A DNA stretch of 64,000 nucleotides from an uncultured bacterium (GTDB lineage Bacteria; Bacteroidota; Rhodothermia; Rhodothermales; DASSAV01), in assembly GCA_966250015.1 (NCBI GenBank), contig CBINFS010000017.1, positions 3,142 through 67,141 of the forward strand. The letters run 5' to 3'. The notes beneath the pieces were generated by a model. It was not told the DNA's origin and did no database searches. It was given only the letters and a program-made list of their open reading frames with translations. Of the stretch, positions 1-9,383 are shown piece by piece (positions within the stretch are counted from its first letter, which is position 1; each line of letters starts with the position of its first letter). A program made the translations under genes and the position numbers.

Positions 1-512
1 AGGAAGATCACCGGATCGTCGTCGCGGATTGCCGATTTCAACAGCCCCTTCGCATCGTCCGGATTCGACGGCGCGATGACCTTCAAGCCAGGAAAGTACG
101 AGTACAACGCCTCGGTCGACGTGTTGTGCGTCGCCGCAAGCTGGCCGGCTGCGCCGTTCGGACCGCGGAAAACGATAGGCACCTTGAACTGGCCGCCGGA
201 CATGTACCGGATCTTCGCCGCGTTGTTGATGATCTGATCGATTCCGACGAACGAGAAGTTGAACGTCATGAACTCGATGATCGGCCGGAGCCCGGCAAGA
301 GCGGCGCCGACGCCGAGGCCGGCGAATCCGCCTTCTGAGATCGGGGTGTCGATGACGCGGCGCGGGCCGAACTTGGCGAGCATCCCCTCGCTCACCTTGT
401 AAGCCCCATCATACTCGGCAACCTCCTCCCCCATCAGGAAAACGGTTTCGTCGCGCTCCATCTCTTCGATCATGGCCGCGCGAATCGCCTCACGAAATTG
501 AAGTTCCGCCAT
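1..512 (-). CDS. pdhB: Pyruvate dehydrogenase E1 beta subunit (N-terminal part; runs off window start)
   Basis: Manual translation from ATG at 512: [41 protein letters not shown]...[11 protein letters not shown]...EFMTFNF; lies downstream of pdhA. Confidence 0.93.
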   Translation of the reverse strand, partial: MAELQFREAIRAAMIEEMERDETVFLMGEEVAEYDGAYKVSEGMLAKFGPRRVIDTPISEGGFAGLGVGAALAGLRPIIEFMTFNFSFVGIDQIINNAAKIRYMSGGQFKVPIVFRGPNGAAGQLAATHNTSTEALYSYFPGLKVIAPSNPDDAKGLLKSAIRDDDPVIF

Positions 513-647
513 TATGTATCAATATGCTTGATCTTTCTAAAAACACACGCCGCCTTCAAAGGGCAGTGGTTCAATTATTTATCGAAAACCTTTGATTAAG
601 CGTCCCCTTGAATGGATTATAGGGGTGTAAATTGGGTCTGGCTACCC

Positions 648-1832
648 CTACGCCAAAAACGGGTAGTCCTTCTGCGAGTACACGTCCTCGTAGATCGACT
701 CGAGGGGCGGGTACGGGCTCTTTTCGGCGAAATCGACGGCTTCATTGACCTCCTGCTTGACCTCGTCGTCGATCTTATCCAGCGACTCGTTGTCGCTAAG
801 CTTCCGCTCGAGCAAGTAGCCCTTCAGGCGAAGGATAGGATCGTCGTTTTTCTTTCGTTCGAGCTCTTCTTTCGTCCGGTACTTGCCCGGATCGCTCATG
901 GAGTGCCCGCGGTAGCGATAGGTGCGCACTTCCACCAGCGAAGGACGGCCCTGGCGCGCCATTTCGACGTGATCCTTCATCGCCCGGTAGACGCTGAAAA
1001 CGTCCATCCCGTTGACGAGTGCGCCCGGCATGTCGTACCCGATGGCCTGCTTGTAGAAGTCCGGCTCGGCGGCGGCACGGTGCGTCGCCGTACCCATCGC
1101 ATACTGGTTGTTCTCGATCACGAGAACGATCGGCAGCTCATAGAGTCCCGCCAGGTTAATCGCCTCGTGGAAGGCGCCCTGCTGGACGGCCCCGTCACCG
1201 AAGAAGCACAGGCAGACCCCGTCGTCCTGTTTATACTTGTGCGCAAAGGCGATGCCGACCCCCAGAGGGATGTGCCCGCCGACGATCCCGTGGCCTCCGA
1301 AGAATCGCTTCTCGGCACTGAAGAAGTGCATCGACCCGCCTTTCCCCCGCGAGCAGCCGTCGATCTTGCCGAAGAGCTCGGCCATCCCGGCTTTCGAACT
1401 CATCCCGAGCGCCAGTGCAAGGCCGTGATCGCGATATGCCGTTATCACCGAGTCGTGACCTATCCGCAAGGCCTGCACCGATCCCGTCGATACGGCCTCC
1501 TGACCGATGTACAGGTGCAGGAACCCTGCAATTTTCTGCTTGCCGTACATCTGCGCCGCACGCTCTTCGAAACGGCGCTGCAGCAGCATGCTGCGGTACA
1601 TCGCCAGCACTTCGTCGTCCGACAACCCGAGTTCCTTGTGGTCGTTGGCTTCAGCCTGGTACGTTTTGAACGATACCTGGACGTCGATTCTGTCCGGCAG
1701 GATTACGATCTCCCCGTCCGGACGATCCGGGCGCTCAACGCCGGCTGCCGTCTCCGCCGCTTCACCTTTGGCTTCCGCCGTCTCCGCCATGTTCACCGGA
1801 CCGTTTTTTTGCGTTTTACTCGCCATATTCAT
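648..1832 (-). CDS. pdhA: Pyruvate dehydrogenase E1 alpha subunit
   Basis: GFLHLYIGQEA, GKGGSMH, GDGA...N TPP motif, TYRYRGHSMSDP. Confidence 0.96.
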   Translation of the reverse strand: MNMASKTQKNGPVNMAETAEAKGEAAETAAGVERPDRPDGEIVILPDRIDVQVSFKTYQAEANDHKELGLSDDEVLAMYRSMLLQRRFEERAAQMYGKQKIAGFLHLYIGQEAVSTGSVQALRIGHDSVITAYRDHGLALALGMSSKAGMAELFGKIDGCSRGKGGSMHFFSAEKRFFGGHGIVGGHIPLGVGIAFAHKYKQDDGVCLCFFGDGAVQQGAFHEAINLAGLYELPIVLVIENNQYAMGTATHRAAAEPDFYKQAIGYDMPGALVNGMDVFSVYRAMKDHVEMARQGRPSLVEVRTYRYRGHSMSDPGKYRTKEELERKKNDDPILRLKGYLLERKLSDNESLDKIDDEVKQEVNEAVDFAEKSPYPPLESIYEDVYSQKDYPFLA

Positions 1833-2177
1833 TTATGGATAATAATAAATAACCACACGATTCATTCTTCCAGTAACCGGCAAAGTATCCACCGCACGTC
1901 CAGGTACTTCCCCTCCACTGCCGCAAAATGTACGCCCCTGTGGGCTTACGGGCACCACCTGTCATCCGGTACGATATAAAGAAGATGTAATCCTTTCCCG
2001 GAAGAAGCTCGGTTCATGCCACGAGCATGAAGCCTATTAAGATAAAAAATTCCTTTTAAAGTTTCTTCCAGGCGTACAGACATTGTTTCAAAGTATCACC
2101 GGAAACGGCCCGAAAGCTTTGACGTTTCTTTCGAATCGCTTAGTTTTGAGCCCCGATCATCACACCGATCCTTTTCC

Positions 2178-2927
2178 TTGACCACGGCTCCGGACATATC
2201 GTCGCTGCGCCCAATCGTTGTCATCCCGACGTATAACGAGGCGGAAAACATTCCGTTGGTCCTCGAGCAGGTGCTGGCCCTTCCCGAGCTCTTTTCGATC
2301 GTCGTCGTCGACGACGGCTCTCCCGATGGCACCGCCGACCGCGTCCGGGAAACACAAAAGCGCTTCCCCGACCGCCTCTTCCTCATCGAACGCCCCGGCA
2401 AACAGGGACTCGGGACTGCCTACATCCAAGGTTTCCGTTTTGCCCTCGAAAAAGGGTTTGATCTCATTTGCGAGATGGACGCCGACCTCTCACACAACCC
2501 GAACGACCTGCTCCGCCTCATCGTCCCGGTTATACGCGGCGAAGCCGACCTGACCATCGGGTCGCGCTACGTCGACGGGGTCCGTGTGATCAACTGGCCG
2601 CTCTCGCGCCTGATCCTGTCGTACGGCGCCAGCATCTACACACGCGCCATTACCCGGCTGCCCGTCCACGACGTCACGGCAGGCTTCAAGTGCTTCCACC
2701 GCCGCGTCCTCGAAGCCCTCGACCTCGACCGTGTGAAATCCAACGGCTATTCGTTCCAGGTCGAGCTGAACTACCGCGCCTGGCGTAAGGGTTTCCGAAT
2801 CAAAGAGATCCCGATCATCTTTACCGAACGCGCCGAAGGCCGCTCGAAAATGAGCAAAGCCATCGTCCGTGAGGCTGCGCTAAAAGTCTGGGAGCTCCGC
2901 CTCCGCGCCCTCATCGGAAGGCTGTAG
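2178..2927 (+). CDS. Polyprenol-monophosphomannose synthase (GT2, DPM1-like)
   Basis: IPTYNEAENI, VDDGSPDGT, GLGTAY, MDADLSH, GYSFQVE. Confidence 0.9.
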   Translation: MTTAPDISSLRPIVVIPTYNEAENIPLVLEQVLALPELFSIVVVDDGSPDGTADRVRETQKRFPDRLFLIERPGKQGLGTAYIQGFRFALEKGFDLICEMDADLSHNPNDLLRLIVPVIRGEADLTIGSRYVDGVRVINWPLSRLILSYGASIYTRAITRLPVHDVTAGFKCFHRRVLEALDLDRVKSNGYSFQVELNYRAWRKGFRIKEIPIIFTERAEGRSKMSKAIVREAALKVWELRLRALIGRL

Positions 2928-3142
2928 CCGGGCTCGCCGGCAGGCATACCGGCGCGAACTTTACCCGACGCGCACAAACTTTTACCTTTAGCGTGAAAGA
3001 AACGCCGCAGGACGTGGTCGCGCAAAAACCGCAGAATCGGCGTCACGATCGCGACCGTCTTGTAACGACGCGGCGTTTTCATTGGTTTTGGCGTAATTTG
3101 CCGCCTCGCAAAAATTATCAGTTATTAAGATCTTTTTGACCT

Positions 3143-4384
3143 ATGCCCACGTATCGGCACCTCATCACCCCCTCCGAAGGAGAAACCATCACCCTCGAAA
3201 ACGGCCGGCTCCACGTACCCGACCACCCTATCATCCCCTTCATCGAAGGCGACGGCACAGGCCCCGACATCTGGCAGGCATCCGTCCGCGTATTTGACGC
3301 CGCGGTCGAAAAAGCCTACGGTACGAACCGCAAGATCGTGTGGTTCGAAGTTTTCGCCGGCGAGAAGGCGAAAAACCGCCTTGACGAATGGTTGCCCGAC
3401 GACACGCTCGAGGCCATCCGCCATCACCTCGTCGCGATCAAAGGCCCGCTGACCACCCCGGTCGGCGGCGGCATCCGTTCCCTCAACGTGGCCCTCCGGC
3501 AGGAGCTCGACCTCTTCGCGTGTGTCCGCCCCGTCCAATACTTCCCGGGCGTCCCTTCTCCTGTTCGGCACCCCGAAAAAGTGGACATGGTGATCTTCCG
3601 CGAAAACTCGGAAGACATTTACGCGGGCATCGAGTACCCCAAGGGCAGCCCGGAAGTGCAAAAGCTCATCCGGTTTTTGCAGGATGAGCTGGGGGTTAAA
3701 AAGATCCGTTTCCCCGAAACGAGCGGCATCGGGATCAAGCCGGTATCGGAGGAGGGCACGAAGCGCCTTGTCCGCTCCGCCTTAAAGTATGCCATCGAAA
3801 ACAACCGACCCAGCGTGACGCTCGTCCACAAGGGGAACATCATGAAGTTCACGGAAGGCGCGTTCCGCGATTGGGGATATGAGGTCGCCCGGCAGGAGTT
3901 CGGCGCCGAGCCGATCGACGGCGGCCCGTGGTGCCGCCTGCCCGGTGGGATCGTCGTCAAAGACGTCATCGCCGACGCGTTCCTCCAGCAGATCCTCACC
4001 CGCCCCGACGAATACAGCGTCATCGCAACCCTGAACCTCAACGGCGACTACATATCGGATGCGCTCGCCGCACAGGTCGGAGGCATCGGTATCGCACCGG
4101 GAGCCAACATCAACTACCTTACCGGACACGCCGTCTTCGAGGCAACCCACGGAACCGCACCTAAGTACGCCGGCCAGGACAAGGTGAATCCGGGTTCCGT
4201 CATCCTCTCCGGCGAGATGATGTTCCGCTATTTGGGTTGGAACGAAGCCGCCGACCTGATCCTGGACTCCCTCCGTAAAACCATCGCGCAAAAACGCGTC
4301 ACGTACGACTTTGAACGCCTCATGCAGGGCGCGACGCTCCTGAAGACGAGCGAGTTCGCCACCGCCATGATCGAAAATATGTAA
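3143..4384 (+). CDS. icd: NADP-dependent isocitrate dehydrogenase (E. coli type)
   Basis: [58 protein letters not shown]. Confidence 0.96.
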   Translation: MPTYRHLITPSEGETITLENGRLHVPDHPIIPFIEGDGTGPDIWQASVRVFDAAVEKAYGTNRKIVWFEVFAGEKAKNRLDEWLPDDTLEAIRHHLVAIKGPLTTPVGGGIRSLNVALRQELDLFACVRPVQYFPGVPSPVRHPEKVDMVIFRENSEDIYAGIEYPKGSPEVQKLIRFLQDELGVKKIRFPETSGIGIKPVSEEGTKRLVRSALKYAIENNRPSVTLVHKGNIMKFTEGAFRDWGYEVARQEFGAEPIDGGPWCRLPGGIVVKDVIADAFLQQILTRPDEYSVIATLNLNGDYISDALAAQVGGIGIAPGANINYLTGHAVFEATHGTAPKYAGQDKVNPGSVILSGEMMFRYLGWNEAADLILDSLRKTIAQKRVTYDFERLMQGATLLKTSEFATAMIENM

Positions 4385-4578
4385 CGGTGTAAACCCCTCG
4401 TTTCACGAGAATTTAGGCCTCGACAATAAAAGTCGTAACGGGGTTGTAATTCGGTGGCGCCTGTCTGAAATCTTTGGAACTGCATTCACAAAAACCTCAT
4501 ATAAGCCACTGTGTGATGAGGGATGGAGGTTTGCTCGTCGATCCGGCGGGATGACGAGCAAATCTGCAGGGCTGTGCG

Positions 4579-4625
4579 GGAAGCGCCGGCACCAGTAGCA
4601 ATACGGGTGCCGGCGTTTCCTATTT
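4579..4625. terminator. Hairpin between convergent icd and DUF3524 genes
   Basis: ggaagcgccggcacc...ggtgccggcgtttcc stem with an inner gta-GCAA-tac loop, followed by tattt. Confidence 0.6.
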
Positions 4626-4637
4626 ATACGATTCCAA

Positions 4638-5807
4638 TCAGGCGCCCGACGCGACGCCCACGGCCGGAACCTTGCCGGCCACCTCTTCGAAAAGCTGGTC
4701 GTAGACCGCAACGTGCGTGCGCCAATCCAGACCTGCCGGGATCCCGCGGAGCGTGGAATACGGCAGCGGACGCTCCTTGCCTTTCAGGATGTCGTACAGG
4801 ATTTGAAAAAGATCCTCCTCATCCTCGTACAGGATGGGCGCATGGAGAAGCGGCCGGTGAAGCGACTCGGGTATGAGCTCGGGATAGCTCAGCCGGTTCG
4901 GCAGGAGCGGGTGGCAGCCGCAGTAGATGGCCTCCATCACCGCGATCCCGAAAAACTCGTGTATGGCGGTGGAAACGATCAGATCCGCCCGGTGCAGCAG
5001 CCGGCTGTACTCTTCGAAGTCCTCTGCGTACCCGTAGTGAATGATACGCTCGGCGTACCGTTCAAAAGCCCGTTCGAACTCGTACGGCTTCTCCTCGAAG
5101 TGTTCGCCTGCGAGGATCAGGCGGAAGCTACAACCGGCGTCGTCGAGGCGGTTCATCACGCGGAAGAAGGCGTCCGGATTCTTGTCGTACTCCCATCGCT
5201 GATTCCAGAGCACGATCGGCGGTTTCATGCCCGGCCCCCAGTCGCGCGCAGGATATTCCGATGCGTACCGGTCGTGCGCTTGCAGGTCCATTCCCAGGTG
5301 AATGACCGAGCTCTTCTCGCGGACGGTCTGCACCGTATTCATGTGCGTGAAATCGGGGAAGGTCCTGAGCAGCATTGGCAGGGCCTCCATGAACTCCCCG
5401 TAATGAAAGTGCGAGTTGAAGACAACGTGATCGGCTGCGAGGCACGAGAGATAGTTGATGTATCCGTATGTGTAATCCCGTTCGACCCCTGCAGGTAGGG
5501 GGTAGGTCAGCTGGTTCTCGTGGAAATAAAGGACGACGGGGACCCCGGCGAACTGCCGCCTCGTCAAGGCCAGAAAAGCCGGAAGGTTGACCATATTCGA
5601 GGCGAGAATGAGGTCGGGTACGAATCCGTCCTCGAACGCCTGGATCGACTTCTTGGCCATCGTGACGGCGCCACCGTGCATACGCCACTTCCAGAAACGG
5701 GCAGCCATCGTGATGGCATGGTACGTATGCGCGCTGTGACGGATTAAGCCGTCGACAAAATTCCGGTGCGAACCGCCGTACCACGGCTCCAAAACGAGAA
5801 TATTCAT
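4638..5807 (-). CDS. DUF3524 / GT4-fold glycosyltransferase, GTDC1 (QTMAN)-like
   Basis: LEPWYGGSH, WKWRM, LYFHENQLTYP, RDYTYGYIN, VVFNS, RWEYDKNP, STAIHEFFG, EAIYCGC, YPEL. Confidence 0.88.
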   Translation of the reverse strand: MNILVLEPWYGGSHRNFVDGLIRHSAHTYHAITMAARFWKWRMHGGAVTMAKKSIQAFEDGFVPDLILASNMVNLPAFLALTRRQFAGVPVVLYFHENQLTYPLPAGVERDYTYGYINYLSCLAADHVVFNSHFHYGEFMEALPMLLRTFPDFTHMNTVQTVREKSSVIHLGMDLQAHDRYASEYPARDWGPGMKPPIVLWNQRWEYDKNPDAFFRVMNRLDDAGCSFRLILAGEHFEEKPYEFERAFERYAERIIHYGYAEDFEEYSRLLHRADLIVSTAIHEFFGIAVMEAIYCGCHPLLPNRLSYPELIPESLHRPLLHAPILYEDEEDLFQILYDILKGKERPLPYSTLRGIPAGLDWRTHVAVYDQLFEEVAGKVPAVGVASGA

Positions 5808-5872
5808 AAAGACAGTCGGAGTATGGTCTGGACAGGCTGAACCGCCGAGCGTATCGATCCGGATCCTTCAAC

Positions 5873-6118
5873 TCATTCAGCGCGCTGTTCCTCTTCAAGC
5901 AGGCGTTTCAGGGATTGCTCCTCTTCGAGCGTGGACGGCCGCACGATCGATACCGACCGGATTTGCAGACTCTCGCGAAGCGCTGGGTCTCGCACCTCTT
6001 CAGCGGTGATCAGTCTTTCCTCACCCGGACCCAACCGTAAAAGACGGGTATTCATCTCTATCACCACCGGGCGCTCGCTCGTATTTTTAACTAACATACC
6101 GCGCCGCTTGGTCGCCAT
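5873..6118 (-). CDS. Small hypothetical protein (81 aa), likely co-transcribed with the glycosyltransferase
   Basis: ATG start with GAGG upstream, protein-like composition, 65 bp gap to the next gene on the same strand. Confidence 0.65.
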   Translation of the reverse strand: MATKRRGMLVKNTSERPVVIEMNTRLLRLGPGEERLITAEEVRDPALRESLQIRSVSIVRPSTLEEEQSLKRLLEEEQRAE

Positions 6119-6329
6119 GCCGAAACCTCTTGCTACGTGAGACGGAGACTCTTATTCGGGACCTTACGCCTGTCTATGGCCGCTCAAAGGCCATCGTGAC
6201 GACGGCGAGGCCCCCTGACAAAAGGAACGATCAGTATACGACATTTCGCAATATGGTGAAGCGGCTCACTCCGCCCTTTTTTCAATCGTATAAACGTTTT
6301 TCACGATTTGACGCTCCATTACGCCTCTC

Positions 6330-7043
6330 ATGACGAAACTTTCGGCCATCGGCAGGCTTCGCACCGTCCTTGACGCCGGTCTGGGCATCCTCTATCCGGC
6401 AAGCTGTGCCGGGTGTGGAATCCGGCTCGACCGGTGGGACGCGTCTCTCTGCCCGGAGTGCCGGAAGGACGTCGATACCCCCGACCCCAATGCCGTGCTC
6501 GCGCAGCCGGCATCGCTACAGACCCCTTGCCCGATCGATGCGGCCTGCGCCCTGTGGTGGATCAGTCACGACTCGCCGCTCCGAAAAATCCATCACAGCC
6601 TGAAATACGGCAACCGCCCCTGGTACGGTCCCGCCCTCGGGAGGCAGATGGCCGAAACGTTCCGCTCCCTGCTGGCGCAATATCCCCTCGACGTGGTGGC
6701 ACCGATACCGCTCCACCGCGCGCGGTACCTGGAACGGGGCTACAACCAGAGCGCGCTGCTTGCAGAAGGTGTCGGCGCTGCTCTTGGCCTGCACGTGCAC
6801 CCTCACGTGCTCGTCCGGCACCGTGCCACGAGGTCCCAGACCAGTCTATCCAAAGCAGAGCGGCTGAAAAACGTCGCCTCGGCGTTTACCGTATCGCCTG
6901 GATACGACGTCAAAGGCCGCCGCGTCTTGCTCGTGGACGATCTCCTGACAACCGGCGCCACCGCCGTTTCGGCGGCGACGACCCTTAAGGATGCCGGCGC
7001 CTCGTGCGTCGTGCTGGCAACCCTGGGTATCGCCGAACCCTGA
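6330..7043 (+). CDS. ComF family protein (zinc ribbon + PRTase)
   Basis: CAGC...CPEC, LKY, ERGYNQS, VLLVDDLLTTGAT. Confidence 0.92.
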   Translation: MTKLSAIGRLRTVLDAGLGILYPASCAGCGIRLDRWDASLCPECRKDVDTPDPNAVLAQPASLQTPCPIDAACALWWISHDSPLRKIHHSLKYGNRPWYGPALGRQMAETFRSLLAQYPLDVVAPIPLHRARYLERGYNQSALLAEGVGAALGLHVHPHVLVRHRATRSQTSLSKAERLKNVASAFTVSPGYDVKGRRVLLVDDLLTTGATAVSAATTLKDAGASCVVLATLGIAEP

Positions 7044-7050
7044 CGCAGCG

Positions 7051-7683
7051 CTACAGGTAGTCCTCGATCCGAATCACCTGGTCGCAGGACGAAGCCTCGT
7101 CGGGGTCATTCGTGGCGATCACGACGATCCGGCCGTCTTTTTGCTGCGATTCGACGATACGGCGAACCATCGCCAGCCCTGCAGCATCCAGGTTGGTCGA
7201 GGGCTCGTCGAGCAGCAACATCGCGGGGGACGACAGGCACGCCGCCGCGTATTTCACGCGCTGCTTCATGCCCGACGAAAACGTCGCCACCGGTTCGTCT
7301 GCCCGGCGCGATAGCTCCACCGTTTCGAGAACGGCTTCGATCCGGCGTGTGGCGTCGCGGATCCGCCGGAGCCGGGCAATGAACTGCAGATTCTCTCGCG
7401 CAGAAAAACCGTCGTAAACGTTCAAGTACGGCGCTACGAGCCCGGCTTGCAACGGGTGTTCTTCCGTCGGGACGAGGGCGCCGTCCATATGCAGCGTAAC
7501 CGTGCCCGTCGTTGGTGATAGCACCCCGCACAGAATCCGGAGGAGTGTGGACTTACCCGAACCGTTTGCACCGGTCACCGCAAGCGATGCACCCCCGGAC
7601 ACGGTAAAGGATAACCTGCGGAACAAGACCCGGCGCCCGAACCGCTGCCCCAGGTTTTCGGCAACCAGCTGCAACGTTTTCAT
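7051..7683 (-). CDS. ABC transporter ATP-binding protein, CcmA-like
   Basis: Walker A GANGSGKST, FSSGMKQR signature, LLLDEP; no permease adjacent. Confidence 0.85.
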   Translation of the reverse strand: MKTLQLVAENLGQRFGRRVLFRRLSFTVSGGASLAVTGANGSGKSTLLRILCGVLSPTTGTVTLHMDGALVPTEEHPLQAGLVAPYLNVYDGFSARENLQFIARLRRIRDATRRIEAVLETVELSRRADEPVATFSSGMKQRVKYAAACLSSPAMLLLDEPSTNLDAAGLAMVRRIVESQQKDGRIVVIATNDPDEASSCDQVIRIEDYL

Positions 7684-7995
7684 GCTAAAAAAACGGTCAT
7701 AAACATACAGAAGCGTTGCAAATGACGGCGCTCCACGCCTTGAAAGTGGCCCTGAGAGCGGATATTATAATGGGTCGGAAAAAAGCAATGCAAACCTCCC
7801 GATTCGCCACCTCAAATATCGGAACGAATCCGCAGCTTTTTGCAGACGCGGTTCGACTCTGAATGATGCTTTTTTGCCTCTATCTACTACCCCCACGTCC
7901 GGAGCAGCCCTGCGGATGGGGCGACACCCAAGCCCTTTCTTCTCCAGGAAGAATACCGGACTTCACAAACTAATCCACAATAAGGGAAAAGAATT

Positions 7996-8592
7996 ATGAA
8001 GAGATTTCTCAACCGGATGGTTTCAGTATTTCTCGTAACCGGTGGCCTCCTGGTCATCGGTTGTGAACAGGCAGCAGAGGAAGACATGACCGCTGCGGAC
8101 ACGACGGGCACCGAGACGGTGGAGTCGAACGTGCGGGCCGTCGCCAACCTCGAACCCACCGAAGGCAACAACGTCCGCGGCACCGTCACGTTCTTGCAGG
8201 AGGATGACAACACGATCCGGATTACCGGAACGATCACCGGCCTTGCTCCGGGCGAGCACGGATTCCACGTCCACGAGGTCGGCGATTGCAGCGCTCCGGA
8301 CGCAAGCTCGGCAGGTCCGCACTTCAATCCGACCGGCGCCGTGCACGGCGGGCCGGATGCCGCAATGGATCAGCGCCACGTCGGCGACCTCGGCAACATC
8401 CAGGCGGGTGCGGACAGCACGGCCGCGATTGACATTACGGACGACGTCATCGCGTTCGAAGGCACCAATTCGATCGTCGGACGTGCTCTCGTCGTTCACG
8501 AGACGGCGGACGACCTGGCCACCGACCCGTCCGGCAACTCGGGCGCCCGGCTCGCCTGCGGCGTCATCCAGCTCGAAGGCGGGGGTATGTAA
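7996..8592 (+). CDS. sodC: Cu/Zn superoxide dismutase, lipoprotein
   Basis: Lipobox VIGC; HGFHVH, GPHFNP, RHVGDLGNI, VVHE, GNSGARLACGVI. Confidence 0.95.
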   Translation: MKRFLNRMVSVFLVTGGLLVIGCEQAAEEDMTAADTTGTETVESNVRAVANLEPTEGNNVRGTVTFLQEDDNTIRITGTITGLAPGEHGFHVHEVGDCSAPDASSAGPHFNPTGAVHGGPDAAMDQRHVGDLGNIQAGADSTAAIDITDDVIAFEGTNSIVGRALVVHETADDLATDPSGNSGARLACGVIQLEGGGM

Positions 8593-8624
8593 ACCTCACA
8601 CTTTTACGCTTCCATTCAGGTTAT

Positions 8625-8658
8625 CCCGGCAGCGTGGTCCCATGCTGCCGGGTTTTTT
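8625..8658 (+). terminator. Rho-independent terminator of sodC
   Basis: cccggcagcgtg/catgctgccggg stem followed by T6. Confidence 0.85.
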
Positions 8659-8717
8659 CTGTCGTTCCGGTGTTATATTGCGCGTCGGTTAGTTCGTTTG
8701 AATAGACTCTTGGAAGC

Positions 8718-9362
8718 ATGGATAAGAAGTTGGTGGACTGGTCGGTTTACCTGGTGACCGACCGTCGGGCTGCGGGAGACCGGTCGATCCTGGACGTCGT
8801 TCGGCAGGCCATTCAGGGAGGCGTCACCGTCGTTCAATTGCGTGAAAAGGAATGCTCGTCGAGAGAGATGTACGAGCTGGGACTTGCCTTGCTCGACGTC
8901 ACGAGGCAGACCGGCATTCCGCTGATCGTGAACGACCGGCTCGACATCGCCCTCGCCATTGGCGCCGAAGGAGTGCACCTCGGGCAGTCGGACCTTCCCG
9001 CAAAAGTCGCACGCGAATGGATGGGCCCCGACCGGATCGTGGGAATATCAGCAACCAACGTCCAGGAAGCACTCGACGCCCAGCGTGACGGGGCCGATTA
9101 CCTCGGCGTGGGCGACGTATTCGGGACGCCGTCGAAGCCCGACGCCTGCCCACCAATCGGCCTGACCGGCCTCGAGGAGATTGCAAAGATCGCAACCGTC
9201 CCTGTCGTAGCCATTGGCGGTGTCACAGTGCAAAATACGACCCCTGCTGTTCGCCACGGCGCCGACGGAGTAGCCGTCATCTCTGCCATTTTCGGTGCTC
9301 CGGACCCCGCCGTTGCGGCGTCTTCATTGCGAGAGGCCGTGCAGGCGGGCAGGCAACGCTGA
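8718..9362 (+). CDS. thiE: Thiamine-phosphate synthase
   Basis: YLVTD, VQLREK, IVNDRLD, GVHLGQSD, TPSK, VAIGG. Confidence 0.95.
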   Translation: MDKKLVDWSVYLVTDRRAAGDRSILDVVRQAIQGGVTVVQLREKECSSREMYELGLALLDVTRQTGIPLIVNDRLDIALAIGAEGVHLGQSDLPAKVAREWMGPDRIVGISATNVQEALDAQRDGADYLGVGDVFGTPSKPDACPPIGLTGLEEIAKIATVPVVAIGGVTVQNTTPAVRHGADGVAVISAIFGAPDPAVAASSLREAVQAGRQR

Positions 9363-9383
9363 CCTTTTTTCCTACACTTTGCC

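Noticed and set aside
612-1979. 455-aa + strand ORF, and similar long antisense ORFs such as 11962..13236, 14913..16154, 29284..30243 and 55637..56827
   Set aside because: Shadow frames opposite well-supported genes; expected in high-GC DNA and carrying no motifs
7741-7790. ctgaga motif suggesting a TPP riboswitch near thiE
   Set aside because: Lacks the remaining TPP core (accc...acctgat...aatgc...ggga) and lies upstream of sodC, not thiE
7821-7855. GGAAC upstream of sodC as an ECF -35 element
   Set aside because: No CGT or GTT at 16-17 nt spacing
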